Assembly (NCBI GenBank): GCA_044359815.1
Contig: JBIKLL010000001.1
Location: forward strand, 32,001-96,000
Reading direction: 5' to 3'
Source: Pseudobdellovibrionaceae bacterium
GTDB taxonomy: Bacteria; Bdellovibrionota; Bdellovibrionia; Bdellovibrionales; Bdellovibrionaceae
Length of the DNA: 64,000 nt
Position 1 is the stretch's first letter. Each line of letters begins with the position of its first letter. A model generated the notes under the pieces. It ran no database searches and was not told where the DNA came from. It saw only the letters and a program-made list of their open reading frames with translations. Positions 11,751-21,920 of the stretch are shown here, one piece after another. Position numbers and translations under genes: made by a program.

Positions 11751-11896
11751 GAATTATTTAGTTTTTAATTCTTTAACGTCTTGTGCAGCGAGCGCGCTTT
11801 GCGTATCGCAGGGGTGCGGCACCGCAGGTGAAGCGCTCCGCGAGACGAAATGCGGCCGTTAGCGAAAGACGTTAGAGAGTTAAAAATAGAAAATTC
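11751..11896 (+). repeat. Intergenic hairpin element carrying the X/Y module (short type 2-related)
   Basis: Arms 11751-11782 / 11866-11896 pair with G.T wobbles on +; inside, TGCAGCGAGCGCG opposite GCGGCCGTTAGCG as in the 31.8k and 46k elements; nested GC-rich hairpin. Confidence 0.8.
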
Positions 11897-11900
11897 AAAA

Positions 11901-12044
11901 AAACAGTTTTTTAAGTATCTAAATTTATTTTTACTTAAAAAGGTCCTCTGCGGAGCCTGGATGGCGGGGGCTTGCCCCGAGCAGAGAAGCAGGAGCTGTG
12001 ACCTTTTTAAGTAAAAATAAATTTAGATACTTAAAAAACAGTTT
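11901..12044 (+). repeat. Type 1 long hairpin element, copy 1
   Basis: Perfect 40-bp inverted repeat 11906-11945 / 12000-12039 around 54-nt core CTCTGCGGAGCCTGGATGGCGGGGGCTTGCCCCGAGCAGAGAAGCAGGAGCTGT. Confidence 0.95.
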
Positions 12045-12053
12045 ACAGAGGAT

Positions 12054-12701
12054 TTACCAGAGCCAGCCGACTGACAGCAGAAAGCTCAGATCGTTCCGGG
12101 TCGATTTTTCGATGTCCTCTTGATCTGCGGCTGAATAAAATCCGTTTTCAAAAGTCACTTCAGGTTTTTTGCTATAGCTGCGATACCCCAGCTCGACGGC
12201 CCCCCAGATATTTTCAACAAACAAACCTGCTGCTCCAATGACCGGATTGACGGCAAGTCCCTTACCGATTTGATAATCAGCATCTTGCAGATTCGTGATT
12301 TTTTTAAGCTTGGCACCATTGGTGCTGATCAAGCTGGCTCCGCCGTATAATTTCAAATTAAATTCGTCCCCTAATGGTGCCACTTGCTGTGACCAAAAAT
12401 AAAAATTCCCCCCGATTGAACTGACGGATCCTATTGCTGAAAATCCCAGCGAAAAATGCAGATCCAGATTTTGCAAAATAAAGTACTTAGCGCCGGCTCC
12501 AAAAATCCCATAGCTGGTATTCGCACCACCGCCCAAATCTGTGACAAATCTTTTGGCAGTTTTAATTTCAACAGTTTCTTTTCGAGCCTCGGTTTCTTCA
12601 GGATCTTTGATATCCTGATACCCTGGCAATTGGCAAAAAGCTTTACCCGATGTGAGGGTCAATAATACTGGAACCAAATATAAAGATATTTTTTTAATCA
12701 T
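12054..12701 (-). CDS. Hypothetical secreted protein, probable outer membrane beta-barrel
   Basis: Signal peptide, alternating beta-strand pattern, C-terminal aromatic (SVGWLW). Confidence 0.6.
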   Translation of the reverse strand: MIKKISLYLVPVLLTLTSGKAFCQLPGYQDIKDPEETEARKETVEIKTAKRFVTDLGGGANTSYGIFGAGAKYFILQNLDLHFSLGFSAIGSVSSIGGNFYFWSQQVAPLGDEFNLKLYGGASLISTNGAKLKKITNLQDADYQIGKGLAVNPVIGAAGLFVENIWGAVELGYRSYSKKPEVTFENGFYSAADQEDIEKSTRNDLSFLLSVGWLW

Positions 12702-12737
12702 TTAAAAAGCATAGCGATTGCTCAGAAACTGCGTCAA
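12702..12737 (-). promoter_or_regulatory. Sigma70-type promoter immediately ahead of the start codon (leaderless candidate)
   Basis: TTGACG-18nt-TATGCT-6nt-ATG(12701); no SD. Confidence 0.55.
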
Positions 12738-12777
12738 GCTCCTTGAGTATTGAATTATAAAAAGCTAGTTTTATTAA

Positions 12778-13581
12778 ATGCTGATGATCACAATCCCACA
12801 TTCCGGCGAACAAATCCCAGAAAATGCCAATTGGCTTAAAAAACTGCCCGAAGAAATTTTGATGTGTGACGTGGACCGTTTCGTCGATAGGCTTTATGAA
12901 CCCACGATTCAAAAATTAAATATCCCCTACATCAAAACCCAATGGCACCGTTACGCAGGCGATTTAAATCGATTGGCCGAAGACGTAGATTGCGATTCAG
13001 TTATTGGTAATCCCAATCCCAGTGGCCAATTTTCACGTGGGTTTATTTGGGTCAAAACCACGTTAAATTATAAACTTTTGCCCCAACCGATTTCAGCGAC
13101 TGATCACCAGCAACTGAAAGCTCTGATTTTTGACCCCTTTCATGCACAGATCAAAACGGTGTCGGAAACTTTATCAAAATCCCACAAAAATATTTATCAT
13201 TTGGATTTGCACTCGATGCCATCGGTGGGAACTTCTGAACACCGTGATCCAGGTGAAAAGCGTGCCGATATTGTCGTTAGCGACAGCAAGGGTAAAAGCT
13301 CCTCAAAAGCTTTTGTGGATTTAGTCATTTCCAGTTACAAAAACCAAGGCTTCAACGTGGCATACAATTGGCCCTATTTCGGTGGCCGTTTGACCGAAGC
13401 CTACGGTAAACCAACCCAGGGACATCACACTGTTCAGGTAGAGCTCAACAGAGGCCTTTATATGGATGAAACCAGCAAAAAGTGGCTCGATGGTAAAGCC
13501 TTAGACACTCAAAGCCGGTTATCTAAAGCCTTATCCAGTGTTTATGATGGTTTGAGGATTGCAGATAAGGCCATCATATAG
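12778..13581 (+). CDS. N-formylglutamate amidohydrolase family protein
   Basis: IPHSG, DRFVDRLY, DLNR, DLHSMPS, NWPYFGG, QVELNRGLY. Confidence 0.88.
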   Translation: MLMITIPHSGEQIPENANWLKKLPEEILMCDVDRFVDRLYEPTIQKLNIPYIKTQWHRYAGDLNRLAEDVDCDSVIGNPNPSGQFSRGFIWVKTTLNYKLLPQPISATDHQQLKALIFDPFHAQIKTVSETLSKSHKNIYHLDLHSMPSVGTSEHRDPGEKRADIVVSDSKGKSSSKAFVDLVISSYKNQGFNVAYNWPYFGGRLTEAYGKPTQGHHTVQVELNRGLYMDETSKKWLDGKALDTQSRLSKALSSVYDGLRIADKAII

Positions 13582-13623
13582 AGGGACTTAACAACAAAAG
13601 GTCCCTTAAATAAAGGGATTTAA

Positions 13624-15327
13624 ATGAAGTTGATCTCTGTCCTGGTATTTTTATTAGCTATTCAAAGTGAGGCCAGATTTTTATCTGCAGCTGAGCAATC
13701 GCTATTAGTGTCAGCCGAAAAAGGCGACCTGCAGGGCGTGGTGGATGCTATTAATCAAAAGGCCTCAATAAATGCTGCTGATTTTCATGACCATACGGCA
13801 CTGATGAAGGCTTCAGCCAAGGGGCACCTGGAAATCGTAAAATTACTTATCGAAAAAAGAGCCAATCTGAATCTTAAGGGCCTTGAAAAAGGCGCTGAAT
13901 CAACGTCTCACAAAAGCGACTCAGCTTTAATGATGGCCATTGATAGTGAAAAATACGATGTCGTCAAAGCTTTAGTTTTAGCAGGCGCTAACGTGAACCA
14001 AAAAGACATTATGCAAAGAACAGCCTTAGTAAAACTGATAGACAATTCCACCAATTTAAAACTCAAGAAAAAGATCAGCAAAGAAAAGCTTCTAGAGCTG
14101 GCAAAACTATTTATTGAGCACGGTGCTGATCTGAATTTGGGACGCAAAGAAGTCGTTCGAACAGATAAAAAAGGCAGATCCAAGACCACCATTGAATCAG
14201 AAGTTGAAACACCTTTGATGTTTGCAGCTGAAGGTGGACAGGCTGATTTGGTAGAATATTTGTTATCTCAAGGCGCTGATCCATCAATCAATGTATTGGA
14301 TCCACAAAATAACGACGTTGAAAATGCGATTGAGCTTGCAAAAGAAGCCAGAAAAAATCCTGAAAATAAAAAGTGTAAAATAACCAACACCGAAGCACTT
14401 AATTATTGTGATTACAAAAGGGTTATCCAGCTTTTAAATGACCCATCTTCTGCTGTTGGTGTAATGACACCATTTTTTGATATTCAATTGCTAGAGGCTG
14501 CAGAAAAAGGCAATTTAGCTGATATCGAAAAAGCTCTTCAGCAAGGCGCAAAAATTAATGCCCTGGATGAAGACGACGAAACCGCTTTGTATAAAACAGT
14601 AAAGACAAAAAATCTGCCGGCTGTTAAATTTCTGATTTCAAAAGGCGCTGACGTTAATTTAAAAACCACTCAAAGCGAAACTGCACTGTCTGCAGCTGTG
14701 GTCACTCAAAACTACGATATCATTAAAGCCATTGTTCAAGCCGGCAGTATGGCTGATCTGAAGGATCTGCAATTTAAAACTGCATTGATTGATCTGATAG
14801 ATGACGTTAATAAAGACGGCTACCGTTCATCGACGTTGTCACGAATGAATCAGTTTAATCTGATTCAAATGCTGATCGCTAAGGGCTCTAACCCCGAATA
14901 CGGTGTTAAATCAAAAACCGAAAAGCAAAAGGCAACAGAAGTCGTGATTATGTATTCGACTTTGTATACTGGCTTGATAGCTGCGGCTGATTTAGGAAAT
15001 GCTGATTTAGTCAGATACTTGCTTGCTACTAAAAGCCCCACGGGTCCTGCATTGGCTAATCCTGATGTGATCATCACAGATGACAGTTTGGATGTCTATG
15101 GCAGGGCTCTAGAGGTTGCTAAATACGTGGCCACTGATCCCACTGCTAAGAAAAATTGTAATCCTGGCAAGGCCGTGGCAGCCGGGGTTCACCCTTTGAA
15201 CGATCCTGATAATCAAAAACAATCAGTCAAAAACTACTGTGATTACCAAACTACGATTGATTTGCTGACCCAGGTCACCAAGGGAAAACCATTAGTCAGC
15301 AAATCTATGGAAAACGTCGAAGAGTAG
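13624..15327 (+). CDS. Secreted ankyrin-repeat protein
   Basis: Signal peptide; repeated TALM.A...GH.EIVKLLI..GA.VN ankyrin motifs; two duplicated modules each ending NYCDY. Confidence 0.85.
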   Translation: MKLISVLVFLLAIQSEARFLSAAEQSLLVSAEKGDLQGVVDAINQKASINAADFHDHTALMKASAKGHLEIVKLLIEKRANLNLKGLEKGAESTSHKSDSALMMAIDSEKYDVVKALVLAGANVNQKDIMQRTALVKLIDNSTNLKLKKKISKEKLLELAKLFIEHGADLNLGRKEVVRTDKKGRSKTTIESEVETPLMFAAEGGQADLVEYLLSQGADPSINVLDPQNNDVENAIELAKEARKNPENKKCKITNTEALNYCDYKRVIQLLNDPSSAVGVMTPFFDIQLLEAAEKGNLADIEKALQQGAKINALDEDDETALYKTVKTKNLPAVKFLISKGADVNLKTTQSETALSAAVVTQNYDIIKAIVQAGSMADLKDLQFKTALIDLIDDVNKDGYRSSTLSRMNQFNLIQMLIAKGSNPEYGVKSKTEKQKATEVVIMYSTLYTGLIAAADLGNADLVRYLLATKSPTGPALANPDVIITDDSLDVYGRALEVAKYVATDPTAKKNCNPGKAVAAGVHPLNDPDNQKQSVKNYCDYQTTIDLLTQVTKGKPLVSKSMENVEE

Positions 15328-15330
15328 TCC

Positions 15331-15512
15331 GAAACAGCGCTACCCTAAAAATAATTTCTAAAATCTAAATATTTTAAAGTACTTTAAAAGGTTACAGCAT
15401 CCTGCTTCATCCGCTCGGGCAGAGCCCCCGCCATCCTAGCTCCGCGGAGAACCATTTAAAGCAATTTAAAATATTTAGATTTTAGAAATTATTTTTAGGG
15501 CAGCGCTGTTTC
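15331..15512 (-). repeat. Type 1 long hairpin element, copy 2
   Basis: 63-bp inverted repeat 15331-15393 / 15450-15512 (4 mismatches); minus-strand core CTCCGCGGAGCTAGGATGGCGGGGGCTCTGCCCGAGCGGATGAAGCAGGATGCTGT. Confidence 0.95.
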
Positions 15513-15535
15513 AAACTGCCCTATTCGACGTTACT

Positions 15536-15958
15536 TTAAAACGGGATGTCGTCGTTTTGCTCAAAGCTAGGCTCAGGCCCAAAATCCTGGCTGTAATCAC
15601 CACCAGATTGAGTGGACCTTTCTGAGTTCGCACTTCCTAAAAACTGAACATTGTTAGCAACTATTTCTGTAGAATATTTCTTAACGCCACTGGGATCATC
15701 CCAGCTTCGAGTCTGCAATCGACCCTCAACATAGACTTGTCGCCCCTTAGACAGATGTTTAGCGCAGTTCTCGGCCTGTTTGCCCCACACCACCACACGG
15801 TGCCATTCGGTTTTTTCCTGCTTCTGTCCATCTTTGCTCAACCAAGATTCACTGGTTGCCACTGATAAACGGGCCACAGATTGACCACTGCCGACACTTT
15901 TTAGCTCGGGATCCTGACCTAAACGACCAACGATAATTACTTTGTTAACTCCTGACAT
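15536..15958 (-). CDS. ssb: Single-stranded DNA-binding protein
   Basis: [36 protein letters not shown]-terminal DDIPF; AAGGA SD before ATG 15958. Confidence 0.97.
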   Translation of the reverse strand: MSGVNKVIIVGRLGQDPELKSVGSGQSVARLSVATSESWLSKDGQKQEKTEWHRVVVWGKQAENCAKHLSKGRQVYVEGRLQTRSWDDPSGVKKYSTEIVANNVQFLGSANSERSTQSGGDYSQDFGPEPSFEQNDDIPF

Positions 15959-16060
15959 AATGTCCTTTCCGCCCAACCACACACGGTTGAGTCGCTTTGT
16001 GTTTGTTAAACACTGTCGTGACATAATAAAAGTGTCAAAGGGAAAAAATGTATTTACTGG

Positions 16061-17035
16061 TTACTGCAAAGCCCCAAAATTAGGGACCGATTCCGGACCG
16101 CTGGCGGATAATTTAAACTTAAATCGCGCCCCATCAGCAACAGGTGTTTTGTGCTGTTCAATAAAACTTAAAAACAATTTAGCCCTGTCTTCGAAACTTT
16201 TTTTGACTGTTATGTCGATATCAAAGGAATAACTGCCAGGCATGGGCATAATCCGGCCACCTAAATTCTGAATTTGCATCGACATGCCGCCTTTGATTGT
16301 CCCGGTGATTTCGTCAGCGCCTTTGCCAATCAGCCCTTGTTCAATCTGAAATCTGCCGGCCGATAGACGGCCCTTTAGCTGCAAACTGGAAACTTTAAGT
16401 TCTGGCAGATTCATTGGCCCCATGGGGGTGTTAACATTGCTTGGGGGAATTTCAAATTTCTCGACCTTTAAATCCACTTCCACATCTGGTTGCTCTTTAA
16501 AAGCAAAATCCGCAACGGCTGTGCTTTTTAAATCTAAATTTCCGCGCAAGGGAACCGGCAGATTCAATAATTCTTGCAAATCTTTTAAGGACAATTTCTC
16601 AGCTTCGATGGTGATTTTATTTTTCTCGACTCCATTTTCAGATTTGCCCCCTGAAGACAAACTGATATCCACATTTCCCTTTAAAAAACCCTTAGCATAC
16701 AAAGACCCACCAGGCTTTTGATAAATCAATGCAGATATTGAAGGCGACACGCTGATTTCGCCCACCGTGATGGCAGGGAAAGCCCGAGTTTCGACTGACA
16801 GATTTTCCAGATGTAATCCCATAGGCAAAATATTTATATCCATATGGTCAAACTGAACGTAAACCTGATTCTGGGTCGCTTTTGAAACCTGACTGGCCAC
16901 CAGATCAGACAAATCATCAAAGGGAAACAGTAAAAATAAAAACAGCAGAGTCGACAACAACGCCAAAGCAAATTTGGATTTATTGGACAAACACCACCTG
17001 AGGCCTATTTTTACGTATTCTAAGACCTGAGCCAT
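16061..17035 (-). CDS. gspN: Type II secretion system protein GspN
   Basis: N-terminal TM ending LFPFDDL; last gene of gsp operon. Confidence 0.7.
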   Translation of the reverse strand: MAQVLEYVKIGLRWCLSNKSKFALALLSTLLFLFLLFPFDDLSDLVASQVSKATQNQVYVQFDHMDINILPMGLHLENLSVETRAFPAITVGEISVSPSISALIYQKPGGSLYAKGFLKGNVDISLSSGGKSENGVEKNKITIEAEKLSLKDLQELLNLPVPLRGNLDLKSTAVADFAFKEQPDVEVDLKVEKFEIPPSNVNTPMGPMNLPELKVSSLQLKGRLSAGRFQIEQGLIGKGADEITGTIKGGMSMQIQNLGGRIMPMPGSYSFDIDITVKKSFEDRAKLFLSFIEQHKTPVADGARFKFKLSASGPESVPNFGALQ

Positions 17036-17694
17036 TATTTTTTACCCTTCTTGGGAGGCTCTGGTTCAGGCAAAGGCTCGATAATTTCTGGCACCTTTAA
17101 AACAATTAATCTGTAAATCACATCGTAATAACGTTCGTCCTCGCCGTTGGCGTTCATAATCATGTCTTTCATTTTCACCGAGGCACTGAGGGCCGTTAAC
17201 TGCTGACCCACGTCTATGATTTGCTTTAGGTTCAGTTTATTGACAACGACTTCAATGGTTCCATCAGACAACTCTTGCGGAAATAATCTTGAACCCAGTG
17301 GCACGGTCTCAACTGATTTTATCAAATCCTGCATGACCCGGCTGGCTTGCAGTTCAGTTTGAATCCGACTTTTCAGCGAATCAATAGGCGGAGGCATCGG
17401 AATTTCCGGGACCTCATTGGCTTCTTTGGCTGTTTTTAATAATTCCCTGATCAGACCTCGGCGTGATAAAAAATCTTCCACATTGGTCATAGACTGTGTC
17501 AGGTATCCCCATGGGGATGACAGAAAAATCAAAATAATCAAGACCACTGCAGAAATCGTCACAACTCTTTGCATGCTGGGACTTAAGTTTTCGTATTTGT
17601 CCTTCAGTTGCTGATAGGCTGCAGATTCTTCGGTTCGATCAACTAAAACCTTAAACTGTGATTGTAAATTATCGCGCAGATCTTGAAAATTCAT
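17035..17694 (-). CDS. Type II secretion system GspM-like protein
   Basis: YENLSP..QR followed by single TM and coiled coil; position after gspL. Confidence 0.6.
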   Translation of the reverse strand: MNFQDLRDNLQSQFKVLVDRTEESAAYQQLKDKYENLSPSMQRVVTISAVVLIILIFLSSPWGYLTQSMTNVEDFLSRRGLIRELLKTAKEANEVPEIPMPPPIDSLKSRIQTELQASRVMQDLIKSVETVPLGSRLFPQELSDGTIEVVVNKLNLKQIIDVGQQLTALSASVKMKDMIMNANGEDERYYDVIYRLIVLKVPEIIEPLPEPEPPKKGKK

Positions 17695-19358
17695 AATTTC
17701 TTCCCGGTCTGAATGCCGCGATCAACTTTGAAACTCATCGAAAACGGAAAGGTATTAGGTGGTCCTTGTCTGGTAGTGGGCGCCGTATTGACTTTGCCAT
17801 TCAAAGCCACTGCGCCCAAGTTTCTTTGCAGAACATTGATATCAGTTAATTTCCCAACAACGCCTTCAATAAAAACTGAATCGTCTTCAACCCTCAACGT
17901 CTTCACGCTGATTTGCATTTGTTCCCTGGGCGGAGCCGAGTCACTGATTCTTTTAACGATTTCAATGGCTGAATTCATCTGCGTAATACCTGCCAAAACT
18001 TTTAAATCCTGAATTTGTTTTTTCTGATCCTTAATGTATTTTCTGACTCCAGCCTCGTTAGCCTGTTTGCCTGATAGTTTTGCCACTGATTTAGCCTGAG
18101 CTTTCAATGCATCAGTGGCTTTATCAGCCAGTTCCAGGGACGCCGATTCCCTGAACAAAGAAAAAAAGTAAAAAACTAAAAACATGGCTGCCGACAATTG
18201 AATTGTTGGCCCCCATTGTTTCCAAACATTTTGAAAGGAATTAGATTGCCGAGCAAATTCTTGTCTTAAAAAATTAATCGCAGGATTTCTGGGTTTTTTA
18301 AATCCCTCAATGGCTAAGCCCAAAGCTATGCCAATTTTAGATTCTACTAAAATGTTTTTCTCGAATGGCAAATGGCCGTAATTAACCAAGGGATCAAATC
18401 GATTGACTGGGATTTCAATCATCTGCGTCAGCAGAGCCGAGATATTTCTGATATTGGCCACACCACCGCTGATCTGTACATTTTCAACTTCCACATTCAG
18501 ATCAGCTTTTAGCTCCAGCAATGTGATTTGCAGTTCGCGGCCCAGTTCTTTTAAACATTTGCTAATCACATCTGAAAACACAATTTGATCGTAAGAAGCA
18601 TTTTCCTTGGTTGGCAGCACAAACCCTTTGGTGTTGACCTCTTTGATGGCCTCCACATAGGGGATTTCATATTTTTGGGCGATGGCATCTGCCACTAATT
18701 TTCCGCCCCACAAAATGGTTCTGACATCGATTAGTTTTTGATTTTCAAATGTGCATACGATGGTTTTTGTATGGCCCAAAATTAAATTAATCTTGGCATG
18801 TCTGAGCTCTTTTGTGGGCCCCTCTTCCAGATTATAATTCGGATCCACAGATGGCGCCGCCATCCAATTTTCAACACAATTTGCAAATGCCAAGCCTTCC
18901 GGGGATAAAATATTAAGTTCAATCCCTGAATCTTTAAAAACATTTAAAACTTCTTGAACCCTCAGTTTGGGAGTTGCCACTGTCAGTGTTTCAGTTAGCT
19001 TTCCCCGAATGCGAATGATTTTGTTATCAAAGGCTGCATCTTCAGTGGCAAAAGGAACTTCTTCTTCAAGTTCAAATGGCAAACTTTTTAAAATTTTTAT
19101 TTTGTCCGAAAAGGGAAATAACTTGGTCCTGACACTGACTCTGTCTTGGCGCAATCCACACACAAATTTAGTCTTAGTCCCAGCGTATCTGGCTGCGACT
19201 TTTCGCAAAACTTCCAGAATTTCGATTTGCGAATCAAAGGCAGGGTTCTGCCCTAAAGTGTGCTCAAAATAGTCAGTAATGTGAAAACCTTTATTACTGC
19301 CCGTCAGCTCCACAATCTTGATACTGCTGGAACCTATGTCTATACCGATTGACTTCAC
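17691..19358 (-). CDS. gspL: Type II secretion GspL/PilM-like actin-fold protein
   Basis: IGIDIGSSSIKIVEL, ISGG, INFL..EF, then TM and periplasmic domain. Confidence 0.75.
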   Translation of the reverse strand: MKSIGIDIGSSSIKIVELTGSNKGFHITDYFEHTLGQNPAFDSQIEILEVLRKVAARYAGTKTKFVCGLRQDRVSVRTKLFPFSDKIKILKSLPFELEEEVPFATEDAAFDNKIIRIRGKLTETLTVATPKLRVQEVLNVFKDSGIELNILSPEGLAFANCVENWMAAPSVDPNYNLEEGPTKELRHAKINLILGHTKTIVCTFENQKLIDVRTILWGGKLVADAIAQKYEIPYVEAIKEVNTKGFVLPTKENASYDQIVFSDVISKCLKELGRELQITLLELKADLNVEVENVQISGGVANIRNISALLTQMIEIPVNRFDPLVNYGHLPFEKNILVESKIGIALGLAIEGFKKPRNPAINFLRQEFARQSNSFQNVWKQWGPTIQLSAAMFLVFYFFSLFRESASLELADKATDALKAQAKSVAKLSGKQANEAGVRKYIKDQKKQIQDLKVLAGITQMNSAIEIVKRISDSAPPREQMQISVKTLRVEDDSVFIEGVVGKLTDINVLQRNLGAVALNGKVNTAPTTRQGPPNTFPFSMSFKVDRGIQTGKKL

Positions 19359-19376
19359 ATGAAATCCTTTTCAAGT

Positions 19377-20603
19377 TTATCGCTCGTTCCAGTATACGAT
19401 TCGGGGCGGTCCCTTGGGAAGAGGTTCCTGCGGTTGCCCTGTATTTCCCTGAGGATTTGTGGGCGATGGATTGACATTGCTTCCATCATTGGGTTTAGGA
19501 GTGGATTTTATAATTGATTTTGCAACAGCTGTGGCTACAGAGCTGACATCAAAAACCACGACTGTGATTTCTTTTATATTGTTAGCGAATTCTCCTCGAC
19601 TAACGACCCGAAAGTTAAGCGCGGCATCAAATGCCAATGGCAAAGTTTCTTGCACTTCAGGTGGCACGTTGCCTCTGGATTGCGCGACAAAGGACCAGAA
19701 ATCCTGTTCGTTTGTAAAGGGCCCTCCGTTATCGGGATTGTCTCTTCTTTGCAAAATTAAATTCACAACTTCATCAGTCATCGATTTATCGATGGATTTT
19801 AAAACCTCTGGCGACGCATAGTTTGGATTAATGGCTCTTTGACCATAAACCGTTATGCGATCCTTCAGCATATCAAAAACAGTTTCAGTCATCCCTGCCA
19901 CCAAACGGATTTCGCCCACAGTTCTAAAAGCCCGATTGGGTGGATATCTTTCAGTGGTTTCCCCCAAAGATTCATACAATCTTCTTTCGTCCCCACCGTT
20001 CAGACTTTCCACATCCCCATCGACCCAATCAATCATGTTGTTGATGACTTCTTCAAATTTTAAATCTTCATTTTCGCGAGCCCATTCCTCGTCATTGGCT
20101 TTTTTGTTTTCAAAAATCCCCACTAGCAGTTTTTTCGTAGAATCTGCTAAAGCTTTAGAGGGAGAGGCCAAGTCATTCACATCAATTTTTGAACCTTCGT
20201 CGTAAATTTGGACCGAATAGGTCGCATCCATTTTAGATTCTTTTAATTGCGCGTTTAAAATATCCTGGTCGACAGTCAATGTATCCTCACCCAATACAGG
20301 GGGCCACATAAATGGAAAGCTCCAAACCAGATCCAACATTTTCATAAACTTAGGATTGGTTTTTCCTGCCATTGTTCTGGCTAGCGAGGCATAAATTTTT
20401 ATCCGCAGTAGACTTAATTGCACACCTGATTTCGCCGCGTAATAGGCTTTCAACCGACTGATGCTCTGAGCATGGATTCCGTATTCGACTGAAGTTTCAT
20501 AGGTGATTTCTGTCACCAAAAACAAAATAATAACCACGGTGAACATTGCCAGGATTATTGCCACACCTCTTTGGTTATTAAGCGGATTCTTGTATGATTT
20601 CAT
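19377..20603 (-). CDS. gspK: Type II secretion minor pseudopilin GspK
   Basis: QRGVAIIL prepilin-like end, AYYAAKSG, DEGSKIDVN, IDWVDGD, INPNYAS. Confidence 0.88.
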   Translation of the reverse strand: MKSYKNPLNNQRGVAIILAMFTVVIILFLVTEITYETSVEYGIHAQSISRLKAYYAAKSGVQLSLLRIKIYASLARTMAGKTNPKFMKMLDLVWSFPFMWPPVLGEDTLTVDQDILNAQLKESKMDATYSVQIYDEGSKIDVNDLASPSKALADSTKKLLVGIFENKKANDEEWARENEDLKFEEVINNMIDWVDGDVESLNGGDERRLYESLGETTERYPPNRAFRTVGEIRLVAGMTETVFDMLKDRITVYGQRAINPNYASPEVLKSIDKSMTDEVVNLILQRRDNPDNGGPFTNEQDFWSFVAQSRGNVPPEVQETLPLAFDAALNFRVVSRGEFANNIKEITVVVFDVSSVATAVAKSIIKSTPKPNDGSNVNPSPTNPQGNTGQPQEPLPKGPPRIVYWNER

Positions 20604-21424
20604 TGAGTCGCCTTTTCTTCGGGGTTATTGACAAACCGAATGGGCACAACAATTTGCATGGAAACTTTTTTCTTGCGCTCTTTTTCCCCCTGAGCAACAG
20701 TCAGCGAAATCTCTACTGCGTCAGGAAATTTTGCTTTGGGGTCTTTGATATTGAAAGCCCAATCATTGCTCCAATCCTGCTTGCCAATTCCGTAATACCG
20801 CAGTTTAAATTCTTCAATGCCGTCTAACAAAATCACTTCTTCTCCGCCCTTACCCACTTCACCCTCAGCCACTAAAGCCTCACGTCTGAGCAAACAGTTG
20901 GATGATCCCGATTCTTTCCCAGGTCTTTTGCAGCCCCTGACACTGTAACCGACTTTTACAAAATCAGCCTGCGAGGCTCCTTCTGTAACCCTGCTGGTGT
21001 TGAGTGTGACAAAAGCAATTTCATCTTCTTTTCCCAAAAAGCCTGTGACCGGACTGATTCGATTGGTCTTTTTCAGACACAAAGGATCGGCAGTGCCCTC
21101 GGGGCAAGGATAAGGGGCATTAGGATTGACGACGGGTTGTCCAGGTACAGAACTAGATGGTTTTGATAGTTGCAATTTCTTTTTTTTAATCAACTCAAAC
21201 ATTTCAACTTCTATATCTTGATAATGCATAATCAAATTTATATCTTTTTCGATAATTTTTAATGCATCTCGGACCTGCGACATCTGATCATTAGTTGTTT
21301 GAATTTTTATTTTGCTGGCGATGCCCTGCTGGATTGATTGGCTGGATAAAACAGTCAATGCAGCCATTATCATCAATACAATTAAAACTTCTAAAAGCGT
21401 AAATCCTTTATTGGATCTAACCAC
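20600..21424 (-). CDS. gspJ: Type II secretion minor pseudopilin GspJ
   Basis: KGFTLLEVLI N-methylation motif; position; GTG start inferred. Confidence 0.8.
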   Translation of the reverse strand: MVRSNKGFTLLEVLIVLMIMAALTVLSSQSIQQGIASKIKIQTTNDQMSQVRDALKIIEKDINLIMHYQDIEVEMFELIKKKKLQLSKPSSSVPGQPVVNPNAPYPCPEGTADPLCLKKTNRISPVTGFLGKEDEIAFVTLNTSRVTEGASQADFVKVGYSVRGCKRPGKESGSSNCLLRREALVAEGEVGKGGEEVILLDGIEEFKLRYYGIGKQDWSNDWAFNIKDPKAKFPDAVEISLTVAQGEKERKKKVSMQIVVPIRFVNNPEEKATQ

Positions 21425-21920
21425 CGGGCATCCCCACTTTGACGTCCTTGCTATAATCCACAAAATATGTGGTCACCGAATTGGTGAGGGGCTTTCCTGA
21501 TGGTGGCGTGAAGATCACCGTCACTGTCATTTCCTTGACTGATTTTGCAATAGTGTCTGTCAGCTGCTTGATAATACTGAGGGTCATCTCGTCGGCACCA
21601 CCGTCCTTTGAGGTCAACACCGTTGTTAAATCAGGAAACTCCAGTTTTTTGGATGTTAGTTTCCAAGTGTACTGCGGGTATTCGCTACCAAAATCATCTG
21701 ACCTGTCCTCGGGAATTTCATCCAAGGATTTATTTCTGTACTCGATTTCTAATTCTGTAATCTTTCGCTCAAGCAATGCCGCAATCTCAAATGATGTCTG
21801 AGTTTTTCTGAGTCTTGAAAATGCTGATCCCCAAGAATTTGCCAGCAGCAACAAGGCCCCTGACAAAATCATCATTGCCACCATGACTTCTATCAGTGTG
21901 AATCCCTTTTTTTTACTCAA
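21417..21920 (-). CDS. gspI: Type II secretion minor pseudopilin GspI
   Basis: KGFTLIEVMVA motif; position in operon. Confidence 0.8.
   Translation of the reverse strand: MSKKKGFTLIEVMVAMMILSGALLLLANSWGSAFSRLRKTQTSFEIAALLERKITELEIEYRNKSLDEIPEDRSDDFGSEYPQYTWKLTSKKLEFPDLTTVLTSKDGGADEMTLSIIKQLTDTIAKSVKEMTVTVIFTPPSGKPLTNSVTTYFVDYSKDVKVGMPGG

Noticed and set aside
11946..11999. Hairpin or hammerhead ribozyme call from CAGAGAAG
   Set aside because: Motif is altered in copy 2 and the other catalytic elements are not visible; needs a CM search
15959..16024. N-terminal extension of SSB in the ORF track (also mutL, rimP, yicC, gspJ)
   Set aside because: Downstream starts fit family N-termini, with an SD for ssb and rimP; the extensions are artefacts of longest-ORF calling
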